The position numbers and the translations under genes were made by a program. DNA of 64,000 bases. Origin: Methanobacteriota archaeon. Lineage in GTDB: Archaea; Thermoplasmatota; E2; DHVEG-1. Location of the stretch: the NCBI GenBank assembly GCA_963769885.1, contig CAVYNH010000001.1:1-64000 (forward strand). The letters run 5' to 3'. A model generated the notes under the pieces. That model was not told the origin of the DNA. It saw only the letters and a program-made list of their open reading frames with translations, and did not search any database. Below are positions 20,396-31,460 of the stretch, in pieces (within the stretch, counting starts at the first letter, position 1; every line of letters begins with the position of its first letter).

Positions 20396-20902
20396 ATGCC
20401 CGCAAAAAAGTCTGCCACCAAGACCCACCCGGTGGAGCAAACCGATATAAAGGTAAAATCCTTAGAGCAGCAAATCCAGGGACTGCGACGAGAACTTGCC
20501 GACAAACAGGACAAACTCCTCCGGGCGTACGCGGATTACCAGAACTACCAGAAACGCATGGAAAAAGAGCTTGCCGCTCGCGAACTCGAGATCAGCAGGC
20601 GCTACCTCATAGAGATTCTCGATTTCTCCGATCTTCTCAAAAAAGCAGCAGACGATCCTCACCCCCAGGAAGGCCTCAAGTCGCTCATCGCCACCATCGA
20701 TCATTTCCTGGCCAAAGAGGGCGTCACGTACCTCGATTGCAAGGGCAAACCCTTCGACTACAAGCTCCAACACGCACTCTCCACCCTTGAGCGGGAGGAA
20801 TGCCCGGATGGCACCGTGCTTGAAGAGGTTAAAAAAGGCTGCCTCCTCGGCGATACCCTGCTCCGGCCTGCTCAAGTCATCGTCTCCAAAAAGAAAGACT
20901 AA
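20396..20902 (+). CDS. grpE: Nucleotide exchange factor GrpE
   Basis: [15 protein letters not shown]...[11 protein letters not shown]. Confidence 0.93.
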   Translation: MPAKKSATKTHPVEQTDIKVKSLEQQIQGLRRELADKQDKLLRAYADYQNYQKRMEKELAARELEISRRYLIEILDFSDLLKKAADDPHPQEGLKSLIATIDHFLAKEGVTYLDCKGKPFDYKLQHALSTLEREECPDGTVLEEVKKGCLLGDTLLRPAQVIVSKKKD

Positions 20903-20925
20903 CCCCTCATAGGAGGTATTCGATC

Positions 20926-22809
20926 ATGGCACATATCATCGGAATCGACCTCGGGACAACGAACTCCGAGGCCGCATATATAGAAGCTGGAAAACCCGTC
21001 GTAATTAAAAGCGCGGAAGGACAACCCTACTTCCCCTCGGTCGTCGCCATCACCAAGACCGGGGAGATGCTCGTCGGTGAAGCCGCGAAACGCCAAGCCG
21101 TCACCAACCCCGAGGGAACCGTCCAACGCATCAAACGCAAGATGGGGACCAACGAGAAGATTACGCTGCACGGCAAGACCTATACTCCGCAGCAGATCTC
21201 GGCGTTCATCCTGCAGAAAATCAAGAAAGACGCCGAGGACTACCTTGGGGAGAAGGTCACGGACGCGGTCATCACCGTCCCCGCCTACTTCAACGACAAC
21301 CAGCGCCAGGCGACCAAGGATGCCGGCGCCATCGCCGGCTTCAACGTCAAACGCATCATCAACGAGCCCACGGCCGCAGCCCTGGCCTACGGCCTGGACA
21401 AATCCGGGGACCAGCGGATCTGCGTCTACGACTACGGCGGCGGCACCCTCGATGTCACCATCATGGAAGTCGGCGAAGGCGTCTTCGAGGTCCTCGCGAC
21501 CAGCGGCGACACCCACCTCGGCGGCTCAGACATGGACCAGGCGCTCGTCGACTACGTCGCCTCCGACTTCCAGAAGAAGAACCACATCGATCTCCGCAAA
21601 GACCCCAAGACCCACCAGCGGCTCCTCGAAGCCTGCGAGCAGGCGAAGATCGAGTCCAGCTCCACCCTCGAGACCGAGATCAACCTCCCCTACATCACCG
21701 TCGTCAACGACGAGCCCAAACACCTCGAAGTCAAACTGACCCGTGCGAAGGTCGAAGAGATCATCCGCCCCTTCGTCGACCGCAGCGTGCCGCCCTGCCG
21801 CCAGGCTCTAAAAGACGCCAAGCTCAACCCAGATCAGATTGATCACATCATCCTCGTCGGTGGCACCACCCGCATCCCCATGGTCCAGCGCAAGGTCGAG
21901 GAGAACTTCCAGAAGAAGCCGAAACGCGAGGTCGACCCTATGGAATGCGTCGCGATCGGCGCCGCGATCCAAGCTGGCGTCCTGTCCGGCGAGATTGAAA
22001 AAGAGATCGTCCTGCTCGACGTGACGCCCCTGACGCTCAGCGTCGAGACCCTCGGCGGCGTCGCCACCCTGATCATCGAGCGCAACACCACGGTGCCCAC
22101 TAGAAAAGCACGCATCTTTTCCACCGCGGCCGACAACCAGACCAGCGTCGAGATCAACATCCTGCAGGGAGAACGCCCCATGGCCGCGGACAACAAGAGC
22201 CTCGGCCGCTTCCACCTTGACGGCATCCTGCCCGCCCCGCGCGGCATCCCCCAGATCGAGGTCTCCTTCGACATCGACGCCAACGGCATCCTCAACGTCA
22301 GCGCCAAGGACCTCGGCACCGGCAAACAACAGTCCATCAGAGTCACCGGATCCACCCGATTATCCGAAACAGAGATTGAACGCATGCGCGCCGAAGCCAA
22401 ACAACACGAGACCGAGGACAAGCAGCGCAAGGAACGCGTCGAGATCCGCAACAACGCAGACACCCTCGTCACCCAGACTGAACGCACCCTTGCGGAGCTG
22501 AAAGACAAGTTCACCGAGCAAGACCGCATCGCCATCGAGGCCGCCCTTAAGACTCTCCGTGAAAAACTCACCACCGACAACACCGATGAAATCAAGAAAG
22601 CCATGGACAACCTCACCGCGGCGCTCTCGAAAGCCTCGACCACGATCTACCAGCAGGCGGCCCAACAGCACCAGCAGGACCAACCCGGCGGCCCCGGCCC
22701 CGGCGGGCCCACGGAAGGCCAATGGCAGCCGCCCCCAGGGGGGCAGGGCTCGACCTACAACGCGGACTACGAGGTCAAAAACAAGAAGAAGCACCCCGAC
22801 GAACACTAA
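20926..22809 (+). CDS. dnaK: Chaperone DnaK (Hsp70)
   Basis: [27 protein letters not shown]. Confidence 0.98.
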   Translation: MAHIIGIDLGTTNSEAAYIEAGKPVVIKSAEGQPYFPSVVAITKTGEMLVGEAAKRQAVTNPEGTVQRIKRKMGTNEKITLHGKTYTPQQISAFILQKIKKDAEDYLGEKVTDAVITVPAYFNDNQRQATKDAGAIAGFNVKRIINEPTAAALAYGLDKSGDQRICVYDYGGGTLDVTIMEVGEGVFEVLATSGDTHLGGSDMDQALVDYVASDFQKKNHIDLRKDPKTHQRLLEACEQAKIESSSTLETEINLPYITVVNDEPKHLEVKLTRAKVEEIIRPFVDRSVPPCRQALKDAKLNPDQIDHIILVGGTTRIPMVQRKVEENFQKKPKREVDPMECVAIGAAIQAGVLSGEIEKEIVLLDVTPLTLSVETLGGVATLIIERNTTVPTRKARIFSTAADNQTSVEINILQGERPMAADNKSLGRFHLDGILPAPRGIPQIEVSFDIDANGILNVSAKDLGTGKQQSIRVTGSTRLSETEIERMRAEAKQHETEDKQRKERVEIRNNADTLVTQTERTLAELKDKFTEQDRIAIEAALKTLREKLTTDNTDEIKKAMDNLTAALSKASTTIYQQAAQQHQQDQPGGPGPGGPTEGQWQPPPGGQGSTYNADYEVKNKKKHPDEH

Positions 22810-22816
22810 CGCCAGG

Positions 22817-23323
22817 TCATGGCCGTTGCGGCGGCTTCAGGCTCCGATGTGGCTCTAGTCGGAGGTCGTCCACCGACCACCGCTTCCCCTTCTCTTTAAT
22901 GATCATTACCGCACAGGGAGCGTTCTTCAGCACCTCCTCGGAGACGCTGCCGAGCAGGAACTTGTTGAACCCCTTCTTCCCTTGACTTGCCATCACCACT
23001 AGATCATCGTCATGGATGAACCTAACGATCTCCTTGGCGGGGTTGCCTTCCAGCATCACGGTCTTGCTCTCCACCCCGTGGTCCTTCGCGATCGCATTGA
23101 CCTCGTCGAGGACTTCATGCTTCTTCCGCTCGATCTTGTCCTCCAGGACCGTCGACAGCATGAACTGCTGGGTATCATTCACGGATAAAATCGACACCTC
23201 CACATGCAGCAGCTTCGCAAAAAACGCGCCCTGCTCCGCCGCAATACGGGACACATCCGACGTATCGACCGGGATCACCACACGCTTGATCCGATCAGGC
23301 TCCTCGCATCCCTCACGCCTCAT
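22817..23323 (-). CDS. Universal stress protein
   Basis: VIPVDTS, LVVMASQG...LLGSVSEEVL; start uncertain. Confidence 0.88.
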   Translation of the reverse strand: MRREGCEEPDRIKRVVIPVDTSDVSRIAAEQGAFFAKLLHVEVSILSVNDTQQFMLSTVLEDKIERKKHEVLDEVNAIAKDHGVESKTVMLEGNPAKEIVRFIHDDDLVVMASQGKKGFNKFLLGSVSEEVLKNAPCAVMIIKEKGKRWSVDDLRLEPHRSLKPPQRP

Positions 23324-23455
23324 ACAAGAAACGAATCGCCTCCCGCCCAATAAAGGTTTGCCCCACATTGGATAACAACCGTCAACAACATCGGTACGAC
23401 CTGTACAACAACGCCTTTTAAACCTCGCACACACAACAAACCCTGAGGAATAACC

Positions 23456-23578
23456 ATGATGATGATCGTCGGGCAAGTCTCAAGCCAAGAAGAGGCCAAC
23501 GAAATCGAGACCATCGCCAAACACTTCGTCGTCGGCAACCGCGCCCGGTCCCTCGCCCAACGACTCAAAGAACCCTGA
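23456..23578 (+). CDS. 40-aa microprotein (paralog of 61151-61378), absent from the ORF track
   Basis: gagga RBS; MMMIVGQVSSQEEANEIETIAKHFVVGNRARSLAQRLKEP. Confidence 0.6.
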   Translation: MMMIVGQVSSQEEANEIETIAKHFVVGNRARSLAQRLKEP

Positions 23579-23606
23579 ACCACCACAACAAGGAGGACCC
23601 ATCCCT

Positions 23607-23834
23607 ATGTCCAAGACCGCCGCCAAAATCTGGATCTGGCTCGACGGCACCACCCTCATCAAAGCCGTCTACAACCCCCTCAACCGCACCCTCACCATCC
23701 TCGATGAAAACGACCGCCTCCTCCTCAAACGCATCGGCATCACCGTCGAACAAGCCTACCAGCTCGCCGCCAAACTCGCCGTCATCGGCGCCAAACGCAT
23801 GGACGGCAACCGCGAACCCTTCACCTACCTCTAA
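23607..23834 (+). CDS. Hypothetical protein, 75 aa
   Basis: aggagg RBS, C-rich codon usage typical of this genome. Confidence 0.7.
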   Translation: MSKTAAKIWIWLDGTTLIKAVYNPLNRTLTILDENDRLLLKRIGITVEQAYQLAAKLAVIGAKRMDGNREPFTYL

Positions 23835-23869
23835 GAAAACGCGCTCCCCAACCCCCTTTTTTTCTTACT

Positions 23870-24289
23870 TTAATCCCGCCACACCGGCTTCACCCACGAG
23901 TCGATGAACCGCTGCGACAAATCAGAGCCCGCCCGCGCGATATCCGTCACCGTCACAATCCCCACCACCCGGCCATCCACCACCACCGGCAGCTTCTTAC
24001 AATGGCACTCCCGCATCACCCGCAACGCCACATCCGTCGTCTCCAACGCATGCACCGTCTTCACATCAGGCGTCATAATCTCCCGCACCGTCGTCCTCAC
24101 CGGATCCCGACCCAGACAAATCGTCCGCTCGATCAAATCCCGCTCCGTCACAATCCCCACGCACTCCTCCCCAGAAACAACCACGAGACAGCCGACCTTC
24201 TTCTCCTTATACCTCATACACGCATCAAACACCGAGGCCCCGGCCTCAATCGACACCACCGACCGCGTCATGATCTCCTTGACCAGCAT
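23870..24289 (-). CDS. CBS-domain pair protein
   Basis: VKEIMT, GIVTERDL, LPVV...GIVTVTDI. Confidence 0.92.
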   Translation of the reverse strand: MLVKEIMTRSVVSIEAGASVFDACMRYKEKKVGCLVVVSGEECVGIVTERDLIERTICLGRDPVRTTVREIMTPDVKTVHALETTDVALRVMRECHCKKLPVVVDGRVVGIVTVTDIARAGSDLSQRFIDSWVKPVWRD

Positions 24290-24374
24290 CCAGACCAACC
24301 CTCAGCCGCTACAGAATCAAGTACCAACGTTATATCCTTAGCCCCTCGCAAGCCAAAAAAAACAGGACTCCGTC

Positions 24375-25709
24375 CTACGGTTGACACGACGGGCCGCTCA
24401 TATACAGAGGGATCTTTTCAACCGCAGCCGCACGCTTCCGCTGGATATCCGCCAACAGCTGATCCAGCAGCTCCGCCGCCCGCTTCTTACATGCCCCGCA
24501 CAACAACGTCCCCTTCTTGCAGGACTCATGCAGCGCCGCGAGCTCCGCATCGCTCTCCAGCAGATGATACAAGAACAACTCGTAGATGATGCACTCCTCT
24601 GGCTTCCCGCCAGTCCGCATCTGCTCCTCCTTCGTCGCCGCACCGCCCGTCTTCGCATTCAACAGCTTCTTGCGCGCCTCCGCCGGCGAGTCGGTCAGGA
24701 AAATCGAGCTCTCCGGCTTCGACGACGACATCTTCTCTCCAGTCAACCCCGTGATGAACCGATGGTACGTCGACGACGGCTGTAAAAACCCATACCCGCC
24801 GAACGCAGGCTCCGCCACCGCCAACCGAGCATCAATCCGACCCAGATCAGACTCAGAGGCATCCTCAATATAGATCGCCTTATACTCCGTAATACGCCGC
24901 AGACGACGAAACCCTAGCTCCTTCAACACCCGCTCCGCGACATCCAACAACTCAACGACACACTCATCGACCTTCACAAAGACGCCAATACGCTCATCCT
25001 TCGTCTTCATCACGTTAAACAACCGGAAATCCTGCGCGATATCACGACACAGCCGGATATGAGGATCCTGATCAACCCCAACCGGCACCAGCGTCGGCCG
25101 GATCCCGCCATACTGCGGCAACTGCACATGCAAAATATCCCCCGCTTGAACCAACGGAGAAAACACATGCGCCAGGTTCGTGCCACCATCAAACCCATAC
25201 GTCGCCACCATTTGCGACCAGTTCACCTTCCGGCCCAAGAGATAGGCGAGGTCCTTGACATCCTCGTTCTTCGACTGGAAATAGATCCGGCAACGCTCCG
25301 GCTTCAACCCAAGCGCGATGTAGTTGATGATATACTCATTAATAGCCATGTCCTTCGTTTGGTCTAGCGTCATTCCCCGGGTAGCATAGGCTTCGATATC
25401 CGCGACCGCAATCGCAATATCGGCCCCGATGCTCTGATAATAGATGACTTCGTCGATGACCATCTTATGGCCGAGGTGCATCCGCCCCGACGGCATCAGC
25501 CCGGTGAGGATCGCCCAGGGCTTCTTGGCAAGGATCGCTTCATGAATCTGATTGAACCCCCGCTGGCCGAAGACAACGCCACGGCGGAGCAGGCGGTGCG
25601 GCGACGGGAGGTCCTTCCAGCAGTCCTCAGTGAAGGCTTGAATACCGAATTCGTCACGCAACCGAGCATAGTCTTGATAGGAACGGGAACTCCACGGATC
25701 GATCTTCAT
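24375..25709 (-). CDS. trpS: Tryptophan-tRNA ligase (archaeal type)
   Basis: PSGRMHLGH, VPVGVDQDPH, KMSSS. Confidence 0.96.
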   Translation of the reverse strand: MKIDPWSSRSYQDYARLRDEFGIQAFTEDCWKDLPSPHRLLRRGVVFGQRGFNQIHEAILAKKPWAILTGLMPSGRMHLGHKMVIDEVIYYQSIGADIAIAVADIEAYATRGMTLDQTKDMAINEYIINYIALGLKPERCRIYFQSKNEDVKDLAYLLGRKVNWSQMVATYGFDGGTNLAHVFSPLVQAGDILHVQLPQYGGIRPTLVPVGVDQDPHIRLCRDIAQDFRLFNVMKTKDERIGVFVKVDECVVELLDVAERVLKELGFRRLRRITEYKAIYIEDASESDLGRIDARLAVAEPAFGGYGFLQPSSTYHRFITGLTGEKMSSSKPESSIFLTDSPAEARKKLLNAKTGGAATKEEQMRTGGKPEECIIYELFLYHLLESDAELAALHESCKKGTLLCGACKKRAAELLDQLLADIQRKRAAAVEKIPLYMSGPSCQP

Positions 25710-25777
25710 CTCCCCGGCTATCTCGTCAACGTGATAAAAAACTTCCCCCTAAAAAAAGAGGAGAAGGCCGGGGGGAC

Positions 25778-28700
25778 TTAGCGCTTCCGCCGGCGAAGCA
25801 CCACGGCGATGATGACGATGACGAGGACCGCGATAATCCCGATGATCGCCAGCACCATCGTCTGGGAGAAGAACGAGGCCTGCTGCCGGACGTTGGGATG
25901 GTCCGATGCGCCGAATGGCGCGTGACCCGCGACGGAAAACCCTTCTTGCGGCGCATAGATCAAGGGTTCGACGTCGCCTGGCTCCCAGTGATTCAGGGTG
26001 CTGAACGTGGTCCCGGGTACCCAGGTGCGCAGGTTGGGGTCGCCATAGAGGCAGACATTCTCCTCAAGGTCCCACCACCATACCGGCGGGTCGGAGATGT
26101 ACTGGATGCCGACTTTCTTGATGCCCGCCTCGTAGATCTGGCCCATGGTCATGCCGAGGGCGATGCCGCGGGGCACGGAGTTCTGCCAGACGCCGGAATA
26201 CCACGAGGTCGCCCAGGGATCCATGATTTGGACCACCGACCCATGCCGCATAAGGGAGATGTGGAGGTATTTGCCGGCGGGTAGGCAAGCGACACTGCTG
26301 ATGCTGACCGAGTGAATGTTTCCGAGCGAATCATCAACATTACTTCCATTGTAATAGGCGGTTCCCATGCGGGTGGCAAGCAGTGAGATGACAATGCCAT
26401 CGTAATAATCCTGGGTGTCTTGGAACCATTTTGGGGTGATGAGGCGTAGGATCGGCAGGCTGGCGATGTTACCCAGGATATCTCGGAGAGGGTGTTTGGC
26501 GAGCGCCAGATCCAAACCTGTTTTGATGAATCCGATGCGGGGATCCGGATTCCCAAGCATGGTGGCGATGAGGCCGTGGACCTGCATGGTCATGGTGTCC
26601 GGCTCCGTGGTGGATCCCATGAGCCATTCGTAGCCCCGCCAGGGGTTGACCTCCTTGGTTTCTGCAGCGAACGGGAACGTCTTTTTGGCGTCAGGGTTCT
26701 GACCGGTGGGGTCCCAGAACATGAGGACGCCGCCGTCGCGTGGTCCGCCGTGGGTGTTGATGAGCCAGAGGAGGATGCCTTGGTTGAGGTTGTTCATGTT
26801 GGCGTCGAAGTTGGTGGAGTAGACAGGGGAGTACCCGCCCTGGTCGAGGTAAAAGGTCTGGACCTCGGCGGCGCTCATATCAGGCAGGTAAGCGCCGGTT
26901 TGTCCGTTGACCGCTAGCATGTCCCCGGAGTCGATAGGGTTGAAGGATGCGGTCTGGCCAGGGATGTCCCCGTCGGCGCATTTGTACGTGAAGCCCCAGT
27001 AATTGCTCGCCCGGCTGTTGAATTTTTCTTCGTAGCAGATGAGGGTGTTCAGGGCGGGGTAGTGCAGGGTGACGTCCCCGGAGGGTCTGATGATTTTTAA
27101 TCCGAGTTTTCCGCGCCAGGGGAACTGGCGTTTGCTGATGCTACCGTTGGTGAGGGTGACGCCGTCAGGGTTTTTAATACCAGGGTTTTGGAAGACGATC
27201 TGGGGGTAGAAGACGGTTTTTGCGAGCCAGACTGACAAGTCGGTTGGAGACCCGAAGAAGCGGCCGGGCTCGGCTTTGCCGACGAACATTCGGTCCCAGG
27301 AGAAGCCGATGTTGTATTGTCCGCCGACGGTGATGAGGATTTCGTCGCCTTGTTTGTCATAGTCGAGTTGTTTGAGGTAGGAGTAGACGCGGGTTCCGGT
27401 GAGGTACATCTCGGCGACCGCGGGTTCTTTGCTGATGCCGTCGGAGTGACGTCGCCAGAGTTCGTTGTGGTAGATGACGGCGGAGGAGAACTGGGGGTGG
27501 TTTTCGACGATGAGGACGGGGCTGCCGTGTTGGGCGGCGATATAGGCGGCTGGTCCGACAGCGATTTCACCCTCTATGGGGGCTCCGGGGTGGAAGGTGG
27601 CGTTGTCCATGGTCCAGTAGTTCACGGTGGAGAAGATGACGTCGTTTTGGCCTGAGAGGGATCGGATGGTGGTGTTGATGTCGTTGAAGGTGGTGAGGTA
27701 GTGGGTGTCGGTGATGCCGTCGGTGAGGGTGGTCTTGGTGGTGCTCTTCATTGTGTTGTGGAGGTCGACGACGTAGAGGTGTGTCGTGCCGAGGGTGGCG
27801 AGGGTGCTGGTCGTGGTCTTCGGGGTGGATGCAGTGGAGGTGTAGAGGAGCGGGGCGTTGAGGAGGGAGGCGAGGACGGCGGCGTTGGCGGCGGAGTCGA
27901 GGCTGTCGCCGTAGCTGCGGGTCATGTTTTGCTTCCAGGAATAGTCGATGGTGAAGGGGGTGTCGCTGGTGAGGGGTGTTTCGGTGTAGACGCAGAGGCT
28001 GTAGTGTTCGCCGGGGAGGCATTCGCCGAGGCCGGTGAGGTGCATGTCGGTGCTGGTGCCGTCGGGGAGGGGGATGGCGCAGGCTCCCTCGGGTGTGGGG
28101 CAGGTGGTGGAGACGCCGGCTTCGCGGGTGGAGAGGATTTCTTCGCCGCTGGGGCCGATGAGGCTGAAGCCGAGGTCGACGCTGGGGTCGTTCCAGTGGA
28201 GGGTGATGGTGGCGTCTTGGCATCCGTAGGGGGGGAGGTCGGGGATGGTGAGGGTGGTGCCGGGGTACATGTTGACGTCGATTTGGTAGGTGACTTTGTG
28301 GAGGTTTTGGAGGACTTCGAGGAGTCTGCCGTAGCGGCCGAAGTGGAGGAAGAGGAGGTTGCGGGTTTTTTCGATGGGGGTGTTTTGGAAGTTGGTTGGG
28401 GTTTGGTCGGAGAGGGTCTTGGTGGGGGCGTCGGTGAGGGCGACGCTCCATTTGCCGGGGTTGTAGACGTAGGTGGAGACGTAGTCTTTGTCCATGCCTT
28501 CCATGGCGTTCCAGGCGGCGACGATGCCGGCCATCATCCATTGGCCGTCTTTTTCGCAGTAGACTTGGAGGTCGCGGTCGCCGGCGGGGATGCTCATGTT
28601 GATGATGCCTTGGAAGCCGCCGCGTCCGATGTTGATGTAGACGCTGGGGTACCAGGAGCGGATGTAGAGCATTTTGTAGCCGTCGGGGACGGTGAATTCG

Positions 28701-29371
28701 TTGTAGATGGGGTAGATCTCGTTGGTCTGGGGGACTTCGAAGTGTTGGGTGAGGGTGCCGCGTTGGGTGGTGACGGTGCCGTTGAGGGTGCCGTGGGTCT
28801 CGTTGCCGGTGGTGGGGAGGGTGGGGTCGATGGCGGCGACGACGGCGGTGTCGGCGTAGGCCCAGTCGGCGAGGGCGAGTTGGCTGGCGATGGTGGCGGG
28901 GTCGGTGCTGGTGATGGTGGTGAGGGTGTGGGTGTTCCAGTCGGGGTTGAGGCTGTCTTGTGGGACGTTGATGGCGGTGAGGGTGTCGAGTTGGCCGTCG
29001 CAGTAGGCCATCCAGTCTTGCATGAAGTAGTCGATGCCTTGGCGGGTGTTGAGGAAGCGGTCGTCGAGGCTGGTGCCGGGGTGTGGGTCTTCGTAGAAGA
29101 GGAGGGGGTTGGTGTAGATGGTTTTGGTGGTTTTGTCGTAGAAGACGGCGGTGGGGACGGCGGCGAGGTAGGCGTAGTCGTCGATGAGGCTGTGTTCTTG
29201 TTGGGCGACGAAGGTGACTTTTTTAAGGGGGACGTAGGGCTGCCAGGTGACGCCGCGGGTGGAGGGTTGGGTGGTGTTGGCGGCGGTGGTGAGGGGGGCG
29301 GCGGTGGTGAGGAGGCAGAGGATGGTGGTGATAAGGAGTAAACTGTGGGTGACGGGCTTGTGGTGTGGCAT
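25778..29371 (-). CDS. Large secreted, C-terminally membrane-anchored protein with a divergent C25-like peptidase region
   Basis: Signal peptide; NTHGG / VACLP / LYGDP motifs; TM helix plus RRRKR tail. Confidence 0.7.
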   Translation of the reverse strand: MPHHKPVTHSLLLITTILCLLTTAAPLTTAANTTQPSTRGVTWQPYVPLKKVTFVAQQEHSLIDDYAYLAAVPTAVFYDKTTKTIYTNPLLFYEDPHPGTSLDDRFLNTRQGIDYFMQDWMAYCDGQLDTLTAINVPQDSLNPDWNTHTLTTITSTDPATIASQLALADWAYADTAVVAAIDPTLPTTGNETHGTLNGTVTTQRGTLTQHFEVPQTNEIYPIYNEFTVPDGYKMLYIRSWYPSVYINIGRGGFQGIINMSIPAGDRDLQVYCEKDGQWMMAGIVAAWNAMEGMDKDYVSTYVYNPGKWSVALTDAPTKTLSDQTPTNFQNTPIEKTRNLLFLHFGRYGRLLEVLQNLHKVTYQIDVNMYPGTTLTIPDLPPYGCQDATITLHWNDPSVDLGFSLIGPSGEEILSTREAGVSTTCPTPEGACAIPLPDGTSTDMHLTGLGECLPGEHYSLCVYTETPLTSDTPFTIDYSWKQNMTRSYGDSLDSAANAAVLASLLNAPLLYTSTASTPKTTTSTLATLGTTHLYVVDLHNTMKSTTKTTLTDGITDTHYLTTFNDINTTIRSLSGQNDVIFSTVNYWTMDNATFHPGAPIEGEIAVGPAAYIAAQHGSPVLIVENHPQFSSAVIYHNELWRRHSDGISKEPAVAEMYLTGTRVYSYLKQLDYDKQGDEILITVGGQYNIGFSWDRMFVGKAEPGRFFGSPTDLSVWLAKTVFYPQIVFQNPGIKNPDGVTLTNGSISKRQFPWRGKLGLKIIRPSGDVTLHYPALNTLICYEEKFNSRASNYWGFTYKCADGDIPGQTASFNPIDSGDMLAVNGQTGAYLPDMSAAEVQTFYLDQGGYSPVYSTNFDANMNNLNQGILLWLINTHGGPRDGGVLMFWDPTGQNPDAKKTFPFAAETKEVNPWRGYEWLMGSTTEPDTMTMQVHGLIATMLGNPDPRIGFIKTGLDLALAKHPLRDILGNIASLPILRLITPKWFQDTQDYYDGIVISLLATRMGTAYYNGSNVDDSLGNIHSVSISSVACLPAGKYLHISLMRHGSVVQIMDPWATSWYSGVWQNSVPRGIALGMTMGQIYEAGIKKVGIQYISDPPVWWWDLEENVCLYGDPNLRTWVPGTTFSTLNHWEPGDVEPLIYAPQEGFSVAGHAPFGASDHPNVRQQASFFSQTMVLAIIGIIAVLVIVIIAVVLRRRKR

Positions 29372-29606
29372 TTTCTCCCCCAGGGGTTCTTTAGGAGTAT
29401 ATGGGCGTAGGGGTTTATTAATATTTTTTTATATGTATAAATGGATTGGGATTGGGGTGCCTCTGGGGGTGGTGGTGGTGTCCGGTTTTGGGTGTGGCTT
29501 GGCGGCTGTTGTGTTTCTCTTTTTTCTTTTTGGTGAAATGATATCTTTATATCCCCCGTGGGTATTCGTACCGGGTGTCTTTATGCGTGGGAGACATTGC
29601 ACCCTT

Positions 29607-29738
29607 ATGACTGAGCATTGTGCGATTTGCGGGGGCGAGATTAGCTCTGTGGACGACCGGGGGATCTGCCATCTCTGCAAGCTGTCGATTATTTTCAACG
29701 AGGACACGTTTCCGGAGATCGAGGACTGCGCGTCCTGA
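29607..29738 (+). CDS. 43-aa CxxC-CxxC zinc-finger microprotein
   Basis: MTEHCAICGG...ICHLCK. Confidence 0.55.
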   Translation: MTEHCAICGGEISSVDDRGICHLCKLSIIFNEDTFPEIEDCAS

Positions 29739-29804
29739 TTTTTCTTTCAGCGGGGAAACCCTCTTATAACGCGGTGCTTTTCTCTGGCGGGGTTCAGGAG
29801 TGGT

Positions 29805-30713
29805 ATGAATCCGGAGTTGCGTTCGCTGCTGGGTCGTCAGCATTACGCGGTGGTCGGCGGGCATTCCGCGGTGAAGCTGTGCCATTGGACGAAGGAGAGC
29901 ATCCTGCGGGGGCGGTCGTGCTACAAGCAGGATTTTTATGGGATTGCGTCGCATCGGTGTCTGCAGATGTCGCCGGCGGTGTCCGCGTGCACGCAGATGT
30001 GCCTGTTCTGCTGGCGGATCCAGACGTTCACCGAACAAGCGGTGGCGGCGCCGGATGACCCCGAGGCGATCCTGGAGGGGTCTCTCCGTGCGCAGCAGAA
30101 GCTGCTCACCGGGTACAAGGGGGATCCGCGGACGGACCCGGAGAAGTTCGTGGAGGCGCAGCGGCCGACCATGGTCGCCTGCTCGCTTTCTGGGGAGCCG
30201 ACGCTGTATCCAAGGCTGGGGGAGCTGTTCGAGGCGTGCCATCGCCGTGAGATGACCACGTTCTTGGTCACAAATGGGACGCAGCCGACGGTATTGGCGC
30301 GGCTTGATCCCTTGCCGAGGCAGCTGTATCTCTCCGTCGTGGCTCCGACTGAGGACGTATATAAGAAGTTATGCGCGCCGTTGATTCCAGATGGTTGGGC
30401 GCGGATCCAGGAGACGCTGGCGGTGCTGCCGTCGCTGGGGACGCGGACGGTGGTGCGACATACGCTGGTGAAAGGCTGGAACATGGATCCCGGGATGGTC
30501 CCAGCGTATGCCCGGATGATCGCTGCGGCGCAGCCGGAGTTCGTCGAGGCGAAGGGCTTCGTCTTCGTCGGGTCCTCCCGCGGGCGGATGCATTTTGACG
30601 CGATGCCGTCGCATGAGGACGTCCAGCGGTTCGCGGCGGCGCTCGCCGAGGCGACCGGCTACAAGGTGACGAAGGAGAAGCCTGACTCCCTCGTGGTTTT
30701 ACTACAGAGGTAG
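29805..30713 (+). CDS. taw1: 4-demethylwyosine synthase (radical SAM)
   Basis: HSAVKLCHW, CYKQDFYGIASHRC, CTQMCLFCWR, SLSGEPTLY. Confidence 0.95.
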   Translation: MNPELRSLLGRQHYAVVGGHSAVKLCHWTKESILRGRSCYKQDFYGIASHRCLQMSPAVSACTQMCLFCWRIQTFTEQAVAAPDDPEAILEGSLRAQQKLLTGYKGDPRTDPEKFVEAQRPTMVACSLSGEPTLYPRLGELFEACHRREMTTFLVTNGTQPTVLARLDPLPRQLYLSVVAPTEDVYKKLCAPLIPDGWARIQETLAVLPSLGTRTVVRHTLVKGWNMDPGMVPAYARMIAAAQPEFVEAKGFVFVGSSRGRMHFDAMPSHEDVQRFAAALAEATGYKVTKEKPDSLVVLLQR

Positions 30714-30747
30714 AAGGAAAAGAGAAAAAAAGGGTGAAAGGCGGTGT

Positions 30748-31107
30748 TTATCCTTTCAGTTTGCGGCGTTCGACTTTCACGCCGGCAGGTGAGACGACCA
30801 TGAGGTTCTGGCCGATGCCGGCGATGTCGCCGCCGATGTCGTCGGTGATCCGTTTCAGCTCGTTGGTGACGCGTTTCAGTAGCATCTCTTCATCGGCGAT
30901 GGCGGTGAAGTCGAGGACGAGCACGTTGCCGCCGTAGACGTAGTCGGTGAGCTTGCGGAGGTCCTCGTACCGCAGGATCTCTCCGACGGCGACATACATC
31001 CGTGCCCCCTGGGCGGTACCCGTGGTGTCCATGTATTTCTCCAGGTCGATGTACCCTTCGGTTGTACCTGTTTTTTTCTCGCCAAAAATCTTACCTGTCA
31101 ATCCCAT
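30748..31107 (-). CDS. sepF: Cell division protein SepF (archaeal)
   Basis: YIDL linker, GNVLVLD, GGDIAGI, VVSPAGVKVER. Confidence 0.88.
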   Translation of the reverse strand: MGLTGKIFGEKKTGTTEGYIDLEKYMDTTGTAQGARMYVAVGEILRYEDLRKLTDYVYGGNVLVLDFTAIADEEMLLKRVTNELKRITDDIGGDIAGIGQNLMVVSPAGVKVERRKLKG

Positions 31108-31460
31108 AGTGCCATTCTCCTGTAATAAAGTCGGTATGCTAAAATAATTATCGCCTTATAAAGTCATCGCAACTGTTTGTTTATTAGAGATACCGACCCA
31201 TCCACGAAATCTTATGAGCGCATGTCTGTTTAACTATTTTTGCTCCGTGAATAATCATCCACCAGATTAGATGATAACTTATTTAACACCATTTATTGGG
31301 CTTCGACTGAGATGGTCTACTGCCCCCCCTCAATTTTTGCAAATTTCTTTACATAAACTAATTTTTTTCGCTTCGGGTTTTTTTTTATGATTATTATCCC
31401 TTAAGATAGAAAAATTAAAATATCTATTCACTCTTTTACAAGTCAGAGAGGGAGAATAAG

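Noticed and set aside
27701-29341. Long antisense and alternative-frame ORFs (e.g. the 546-aa ORF here; also 18601-19620, 19427-20377, 37179-38363, 55625-56416)
   Set aside because: Shadows of strongly C-biased codon usage in real genes on the opposite strand.
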